41,011 nt of DNA from a virus (taxonomy: Duplodnaviria; Caudoviricetes), in the IMG/VR virus record IMGVR_UViG_3300044513_003182, positions 1 to 41,011 of that record. One strand, given 5' to 3'. The position numbers and the translations under genes were made by a program. The notes beneath the pieces are model-generated. The model was not told where the DNA came from. It worked only from the letters and a program-made list of their open reading frames with translations, and did not search any database. Position 1 is the first letter of the stretch, and each line of letters starts with the position of its first letter. Below, piece by piece: positions 35,881-41,011 of the stretch.

Positions 35881-36113
35881 TGAATTACTCCTGACACAAG
35901 TACTCCTAATAAAAAGAGTATTGCTGCGCCTCCGACACGCCACACTAAACTATGAAGTGCTTCGACAGATTCTCTAATCTCATTATTGCGCTCTCGACTT
36001 TCATCTTTATAGTCTCGCAGCTCATTAAACATACTTTTCCATCGCTCTTCGCAGACGGCTTCATGTTTTTCAAAGGCTGCTTTGAGCTGTTGAAAACTAC
36101 TCTGAGGATCCAA
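35877..36113 (-). CDS. Small coiled-coil protein with C-terminal transmembrane helix (XhlA-like/holin-like)
   Basis: Probable TTG start at 36113 after GGAG; HEAVCEER motif, coiled coil, then VWRVGGAAILFLLGVLVSGVI. Confidence 0.65.
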   Translation of the reverse strand: MDPQSSFQQLKAAFEKHEAVCEERWKSMFNELRDYKDESRERNNEIRESVEALHSLVWRVGGAAILFLLGVLVSGVIQ

Positions 36114-36528
36114 GTAACTTCTCCATGAGCTTACCGTAGTTCCCTTCACCAAAGGGAGAATTAATTTGCACGTTTTGCTGACGGATGTTTGTTGTAGCTT
36201 TGGATTCCTTTCGGTGATCCTCTGAAATCTTATGTGCGAGAGCTAGTATGTCTACAAGGTCTTTTGACGAATATACATCTGTTTCGCGCGCTTCTTCGAT
36301 TTTCTTTTCAATCACTTCATCCAGCAATTCGGCAAGTCTAAATCTATTACGATAGCCTTGGTCTAGGTAGACCGAATTCATATATTCTTTAATTTCATTC
36401 TTCTCCAGAATAGCGTACACTTTATCGGGAGTTGTGCCAAGCTGCTGAGCAGCAACAAGCGCGCTACCTGTAGAAAGGTAGGCGTTTGCCACTTCGAGAT
36501 TTTCTGGTGCTATTTTAACTAAGTCCAT
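36097..36528 (-). CDS. terS: Terminase small subunit (T5-like)
   Basis: PE.L.V..AYL..GS...AA..LG HTH, GYRNR..L...LDEVI.KK.EE..ET, S..D..DIL..AHK, Q.N.Q.N, NY..L; upstream of terL. Confidence 0.88.
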   Translation of the reverse strand: MDLVKIAPENLEVANAYLSTGSALVAAQQLGTTPDKVYAILEKNEIKEYMNSVYLDQGYRNRFRLAELLDEVIEKKIEEARETDVYSSKDLVDILALAHKISEDHRKESKATTNIRQQNVQINSPFGEGNYGKLMEKLLGSSE

Positions 36529-36534
36529 TTTCGA

Positions 36535-36574
36535 ATTATAAGATAGCTAGAGACAAAAGTCAAGAACTATTTTT
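36535..36574 (-). promoter_or_regulatory. Sigma70 promoter P4 for the terminase operon
   Basis: AAAAATAGTTC-TTGACT-17 nt-TATAAT (-35 at 36563-36558, -10 at 36540-36535); terS ATG follows after 6 nt. Confidence 0.9.
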
Positions 36575-36600
36575 GCTTAGCTCAAGAAAAAAGTAACTAA

Positions 36601-37131
36601 TTAAGTTTGTATATAAGTTTGATAAACTGTTAGAGACCCATTTTCATCAACAGCATCAGTAGTTAAAGTGTGCTGAGCATAGCTTTGGGAAGCTAAAGAA
36701 ACTTTGTGTTGGTATAGCTTTCTGTTCGTATTACAAGAGGTCTTTAGTCCAATACAACCTATTGTAGGTAAAAAAGCTTTCATAGCTAACTCTGAAGAGG
36801 TTAAAAAATCTTCTGAGTATTGATATGCTAAAGAATTATTAGCATCAGGATATACAAACCCAAGCCACCCGTCTAAGTAATTTTCTGAAATTTTGCCTCC
36901 AGAAATAATTGCTAAGTTATCGTTATAGAGTAGTTTAAATAGAACCCCTCCTTCGAGAGAGAGTTTTGTATACGCCATAAACATATCATTTTTAAGTTTA
37001 GTTATAGCAACATCATTAGCATAATACCTTTTTTCTGTTTCTATGGTATCTCGAATAGCATTGAATCCAGTATTAAATTCTTCTGCAGTTATTCTATCTA
37101 TAACTTCAATTACTGAGGTGGAGCTGGCCAT
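36601..37131 (-). CDS. Hypothetical protein, last gene of the tail-tip cassette
   Basis: 176-aa ORF overlapping the chaperone gene, GGAG upstream; no lipobox or recognised motif. Confidence 0.6.
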   Translation of the reverse strand: MASSTSVIEVIDRITAEEFNTGFNAIRDTIETEKRYYANDVAITKLKNDMFMAYTKLSLEGGVLFKLLYNDNLAIISGGKISENYLDGWLGFVYPDANNSLAYQYSEDFLTSSELAMKAFLPTIGCIGLKTSCNTNRKLYQHKVSLASQSYAQHTLTTDAVDENGSLTVYQTYIQT

Positions 37132-37553
37132 GCTATTTCACTCCATATAGTTGCTTCATTTATTTGTGGTAGATCTCTCAAAGCTTGCCGATAAATTGCA
37201 TAGTTTGCTTTTTGGCTATCTGATAAGGGGCTATCAGAACCCTGCGTCCAATCAGTATTATAAAGAAGCCTATCTCTCTCTGATTTAAGTCTTGCAGTAA
37301 ATCTATCTGAGTCGAAAACCCAAGCTCCGGCTTTCCAGAAATAGTGCTCATCGGGTTTAGTCTGCCTAGCCTGCCAAGAACTTGTAGCGAAATCCCAGTA
37401 ATTAGTCTTGGAAAATTCTTTAACATCAGTATCTGTAGAGACTAGCTTTACGATTTTTCCTTGAACAGAGCTGCCATCGACATAATCGTCGCTTGCCATA
37501 GTCATCCATAGCTCGATTTCTCCTTCTGAATTTACTAAAGTAATTTGTTTCAT
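37110..37553 (-). CDS. Tail fibre assembly chaperone-like protein
   Basis: C-terminal ERD.LL..TDWTQ..DSPL.......A.YRQALRDLPQ......I.WP.PP. Confidence 0.8.
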   Translation of the reverse strand: MKQITLVNSEGEIELWMTMASDDYVDGSSVQGKIVKLVSTDTDVKEFSKTNYWDFATSSWQARQTKPDEHYFWKAGAWVFDSDRFTARLKSERDRLLYNTDWTQGSDSPLSDSQKANYAIYRQALRDLPQINEATIWSEIAWPAPPQ

Positions 37554-37561
37554 TTGTCTCC

Positions 37562-38560
37562 TTAATCCAAAATACTATATATAGTCATAGTAACTTCTGA
37601 TCTTAAATTAGAAGTTGTACTGTATAAGTAGTCATTCCAAGCCCAAGTTTCTGTACTATAACTAGCGTACTCGTAGGCTGAGTGACACAGCCAAATTTCC
37701 TCATTTACATGGTCAAAGTACGTATATGCACCCCCAACTTGCCGAGTATTAGGGCCAAAAATGGATGATACTAGGTATTTAAAACTATCAAAGAAATAAG
37801 TTGAGAATATATCAACATAAAGATTGTTAAAATCTATTCCATAAGGGTTTGTATATTTAAAAGCAGACCCTTTAGGAAGCGTAACTACAGTTTCAATTCG
37901 TATGACACTGGCCATATCACTTGAATACAAAAGATTTTGTCCTGTGCTATCATAAGCCTCTAATCCAAAACCTGACCTAGACGGGGTATAAATATCATAT
38001 GCTCTGGAGGCTAAAGCATATTTATAGCCATTTGCACACCCAAAAGCATTTTCGAATGTATTTGTATTACCATATCGTGCATACTTACTATTATCACTTG
38101 TTGTAACATAGTTAATAGTCCAATCATTATAACTTGAGGATCCGGTGACGTTTCCTACTTCATCAACATTTATAGTTATACTAACTCCATTTGTATAAGA
38201 ACTAACCACTCCTTCTAAATAAGCTACGGCTGGGCTATTCGCAGTGGCTCTAACCCTGTCCCCAACATCGTAAGTTCCAGATCCAGCATGGCCCCATGTT
38301 TTATTTCCAGTTCCCATTGTTACTGTAGAAATGGAGGTTAAGGGTTCATTTTTTTGATATACTTGACTAGTAATTACTCCTGACTCTCCGTCTTGGGGTC
38401 GAGCTAAAATGATCTGTGCGGTAGTAGTATCTGGTAGAACTTCACCATTTGTATTGGAACTAATTGGAGTTTCCGCAACATACAAAGGAAAGTCTTGCGC
38501 TGTAGAAAAAACAACGTTAGCGTTTTTATTCGAAACTTGAAGTACAAATTCATCCGCCAT
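37562..38560 (-). CDS. Putative tail-tip / receptor-binding subunit
   Basis: Two spike-capping-type motifs (FVLQVSNKNANVVFS; FGLEAYDSTGQNLLYSS) and an aromatic-rich C-terminal half. Confidence 0.55.
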   Translation of the reverse strand: MADEFVLQVSNKNANVVFSTAQDFPLYVAETPISSNTNGEVLPDTTTAQIILARPQDGESGVITSQVYQKNEPLTSISTVTMGTGNKTWGHAGSGTYDVGDRVRATANSPAVAYLEGVVSSYTNGVSITINVDEVGNVTGSSSYNDWTINYVTTSDNSKYARYGNTNTFENAFGCANGYKYALASRAYDIYTPSRSGFGLEAYDSTGQNLLYSSDMASVIRIETVVTLPKGSAFKYTNPYGIDFNNLYVDIFSTYFFDSFKYLVSSIFGPNTRQVGGAYTYFDHVNEEIWLCHSAYEYASYSTETWAWNDYLYSTTSNLRSEVTMTIYSILD

Positions 38561-39894
38561 TAGCCAGTAACCCCCACAAAATACTCTGTTGGAAACTCAG
38601 CGGCCGCTCGTGCACTAGTCGAAGGATTTACAAATGTAAGTCGCAAAATATCATTGACTTTAGTCACAGTTGGAGTTAATAATAATACATATTTCTCAAC
38701 AATAGTCACTATCCACTCAGGAGTATTTCTAAGACCAGGTATTGGTATATCTATAATTTCTGTGGACGATCCGGCAATTATTCCATGAGATACACTACCA
38801 TAAGCAACCCATCTTGTGGTTCTATCATTTACTGAAAGAGTTTTAATCCCTAGGTCGTCAAAAACTTCCATGCCAAAAGCAATATCGGCTGTACGAGCAG
38901 TGGTTAAAGAAAAATAACTCTCTGTTAGAGCAGGTTGCTCTCTGCCATCATAAGATTGAATTTGTATAAGTTTGGAGACATCTGCGACTTGGGGGGAGGT
39001 TGATTTTATGGTTAATGTGTCTGAATTTTTGATTCGAGGAATTGATACTCTAGTAATCGCTGAACTAGATCCTCCAAAATAAGGGCCCGAGTTTATTTTT
39101 ACTTGAATATCGGAATCTCCGGAAATTACAAATCTACATTCTTTCCCGGTAGCTAAGCCAGACACTGTAAAAGTATCTACAAGCTCTGTGGCGGCGGTGC
39201 CCTCTCGAGATAACGCAGGAGTAGCGTTGGCTGTGCTATCTCCATTAATCTTATAGTTTATAAGATTATTAGTTATATTGGCACCAGAAGCTAAAACTGG
39301 TAAATAAGCTGTTTGACCATTTGTGGTCATATTTTTCACATCATAATAGAGTGCAGTTGTATTTGGGTAAGCCGCATTATAATAGATAGTAAAGCCATAT
39401 ATATCCTTAGTAATCTGGGGAGCTATAGTTCCTGCACTATACGTAAATATTATGGAATCCCCTGAAGAAAGATTTAAAGGATAACTATAAGTCCCACCGG
39501 GCGTAAGTACAGTTTGAACATTAGGAAATTTTCCAGAAGTAGATACAGTATAGGTATAAGCAGTCCCTGAAAACGCACTAGAAACTAAACTAAAAGTTGT
39601 AACATTTGATCTTGTTCCTGTGCCTCCATCGGCTGTAGCTACATATGCCGTTACATAAAGTGTAGTAGTAGTACTATTAGGATAAGAATAATAACAGTTT
39701 ATTAAATAAGGTTCGCCCTCATAAGTGCTATTGCCCCCAAAAGTTTGAGTTCCTATAATAGTTCCGGTATAACTAGTTGTACGAATTTCATAAATAGTAG
39801 GGGCAGTAGCTCCTATAATTTCTACTACAAAAGCTCCTCTGCCATTATACGCGTAAGCATTATTTACTACTACGTTTGTATTTGGGTTAGACAT
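38560..39894 (-). CDS. Putative tail-tip / receptor-binding subunit with Ig-like N-terminal domains
   Basis: T/S/Y-rich beta protein; C-terminal domain opens with FGMEVFDDLGIKTLSV.DR. Confidence 0.55.
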   Translation of the reverse strand: MSNPNTNVVVNNAYAYNGRGAFVVEIIGATAPTIYEIRTTSYTGTIIGTQTFGGNSTYEGEPYLINCYYSYPNSTTTTLYVTAYVATADGGTGTRSNVTTFSLVSSAFSGTAYTYTVSTSGKFPNVQTVLTPGGTYSYPLNLSSGDSIIFTYSAGTIAPQITKDIYGFTIYYNAAYPNTTALYYDVKNMTTNGQTAYLPVLASGANITNNLINYKINGDSTANATPALSREGTAATELVDTFTVSGLATGKECRFVISGDSDIQVKINSGPYFGGSSSAITRVSIPRIKNSDTLTIKSTSPQVADVSKLIQIQSYDGREQPALTESYFSLTTARTADIAFGMEVFDDLGIKTLSVNDRTTRWVAYGSVSHGIIAGSSTEIIDIPIPGLRNTPEWIVTIVEKYVLLLTPTVTKVNDILRLTFVNPSTSARAAAEFPTEYFVGVTG

Positions 39895-40524
39895 TTAGCC
39901 CCACTGCTCCGCCATTGCTGCTGCAATCCCGAAGAAGGTGATAGAACGTTTGTGTCCATCACCTCCTCCAAATTTATCGTAACCTGTGTCACCCTGATTG
40001 CCCCAGCGAGGCTTTCCGTTGACCATACGCGGTTCCACGTATTCCGTTGGTTCTAAAAAGGGTAAACCCCTCAGCCAAAGACCCGTCTTTTTGCTAGCGT
40101 CTTCTCCGTAGTTGTAGGGCTGGACGTATTGGGGTTTAGGCATAAAGTCAAGTCGAGTGTTGATACAGCCGACTGGATTCTCGATTGCCATTTTCTCTAC
40201 GGGCGCTTTCCATAGAGTTGTTATAAATCGTAATGCTTCTTCCGTTTTTTCTGCTCTTCCAGGGATTCTTTTGTTCCAGTGAAGGCCAGACGAAGCAAGA
40301 TAAGTGCAGGGAGGGTGCAAAATAGCAAGGTCCCAATTACCACCATAGAGTACATCTACCACGTCTCCTATTATATGTGGGCCAGGTGCTTCCGTTTCCA
40401 ATAAGTCGCAGGAAATGGCGTCGTGGCCCATTGCGATAAAACAGTCTCTTACAGTTCCTGAGAACTCACATCCGATTAATACTTTCACTTGCTTTAGTTT
40501 TCCATATGTTGGGAAATAGCCCAT
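39895..40524 (-). CDS. Phage DNA cytosine-methyltransferase-like protein (true start may be the GTG before KVLIGCE)
   Basis: KVLIGCEFSG Rossmann-like start, SCDL, GDV, WDL...HPPCT (catalytic PC), IENPVG, K.TGLWL.GLP, RS.TF.GIA.AMA.QWG. Confidence 0.75.
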   Translation of the reverse strand: MGYFPTYGKLKQVKVLIGCEFSGTVRDCFIAMGHDAISCDLLETEAPGPHIIGDVVDVLYGGNWDLAILHPPCTYLASSGLHWNKRIPGRAEKTEEALRFITTLWKAPVEKMAIENPVGCINTRLDFMPKPQYVQPYNYGEDASKKTGLWLRGLPFLEPTEYVEPRMVNGKPRWGNQGDTGYDKFGGGDGHKRSITFFGIAAAMAEQWG

Positions 40525-40593
40525 GTACTAGTAGTATAAAGGCAATGCTCCATGCGTGTCGCAGATGCTGCCAGTAACTCATGTTGACTTCTT

Positions 40594-40779
40594 TCAGGTG
40601 CATGGTCGTGTTCTCAGAATTGTTGACTTGATAATATCTTGGTAGCCGTCTTTCGTTTTGACTACGATTCTATCTGAGTTGGGGTTGGTGGGGAAGAGTT
40701 CTCCTGTGACGGACAGCTCTTCTCCGGTTTTCCAGTGTCTGAAGAAAACTTGTATTTTTTCCGGGCGCACGTTATACAT
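40594..40779 (-). CDS. Small hypothetical protein
   Basis: 61-aa ORF with a plausible globular sequence (F.HWKTGE...V.GE, SDRIVV.T.DG.QDI.K.TI); start uncertain. Confidence 0.5.
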   Translation of the reverse strand: MYNVRPEKIQVFFRHWKTGEELSVTGELFPTNPNSDRIVVKTKDGYQDIIKSTILRTRPCT

Positions 40780-40835
40780 AGTGTAGAAAAGGGAGTCCTT
40801 GGCTCAAATTCAATTTCACATTCAACACAATTCAT
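40662..40835 (-). CDS. Small CxxC...CxxC zinc-finger-like protein (57 aa), probably leaderless
   Basis: MNCVECEIEFEPRTPFSTLCITCARK; ATG 7 nt after the -10 of P5; tail overlaps the next ORF in another frame. Confidence 0.5.
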   Translation of the reverse strand: MNCVECEIEFEPRTPFSTLCITCARKKYKFSSDTGKPEKSCPSQENSSPPTPTQIES

Positions 40836-40842
40836 GAAATCT

Positions 40843-40882
40843 ATTATAAGCCATGGCAGTCGAAAAGTCAAGAACTATTTTT
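40843..40882 (-). promoter_or_regulatory. Sigma70 promoter P5
   Basis: AAAAATAGTTC-TTGACT-17 nt-TATAAT (-35 at 40871-40866, -10 at 40848-40843). Confidence 0.9.
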
Positions 40883-41011
40883 GAGTAGGTGTGCTAGAAG
40901 GGACTTGTTCGAGAGTGCAGACGAGGTATCCGTCTTCGAGGCGAAGGGGCTCTTCGCAGACCCAGTAAAACTCTTCGGGGGCGGGTTGACTAGCGAGAAT
41001 GAGAATGATTG
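40875..41011 (-). CDS. 3' end of a small hypothetical protein entering from the right edge
   Basis: Open frame ...IILILASQPAPEEFYWVCEEPLRLEDGYLVCTLEQVPSSTPTQK-TAG, read by hand. Confidence 0.45.
   Translation of the reverse strand, partial: IILILASQPAPEEFYWVCEEPLRLEDGYLVCTLEQVPSSTPTQK

Noticed and set aside
35881-36152. Longer starts given by the ORF track (36152, 35943; likewise 32548, 40871, 25457)
   Set aside because: Downstream starts fit RBS, promoter position or stop-start overlaps better
232-40056. Numerous plus-strand ORFs in the track (e.g. 9291-10022, 10227-10721, 23397-23873, 34605-35114)
   Set aside because: Antisense shadows of long minus-strand genes; no recognisable motifs and no plus-strand promoter seen
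40525-40565. Possible sixth promoter (TATACT 8 nt before the methyltransferase ATG)
   Set aside because: Poor -35 (GCGACA, 18-nt spacer) and lacks the shared upstream signature
40993-41011. GAGAATGAGAATGATTG resembling a Fur box
   Set aside because: Truncated by the window edge and explained by Ile/Leu codons of a minus-strand ORF
1-41011. Stop-codon reassignment, introns or inteins
   Set aside because: Genes are full length and tightly packed under the standard code, all three stops are used, and TerL and portal have normal lengths

Overview
The window is the DNA-packaging and virion-morphogenesis region of a T5-like (Demerecviridae-type) long-tailed phage, with all credible genes on the minus strand. 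Read right to left it holds: small ORFs and a cytosine-methyltransferase-like gene; a tail-tip/receptor-binding-like cassette; TerS, TerL, a SciB-like nicking endonuclease and the portal; a single ORF fusing prohead protease, scaffold and major capsid; head/tail completion and terminator proteins, tail tube, baseplate tube, tape-measure chaperones, tape measure, distal tail and a 2469-aa hub/central fibre. An ~12 kb cassette of fibre genes (collar, collagen, C1q-like, beta-propeller, gp9/10-like) then runs off the left edge. Family assignments come from recalled similarity to T5 proteins and gene order, not from a database search. Most notable signals: five near-identical consensus sigma70 promoters, three placed to give leaderless mRNAs; an internal in-frame start in the protease-capsid fusion; a +1 frame relationship in the chaperone pair with a UUU_CGC candidate slip site; and short protein modules shared among, or inserted into, different fibre proteins. 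No tRNA, rRNA, CRISPR array, integrase or transposase was recognised.
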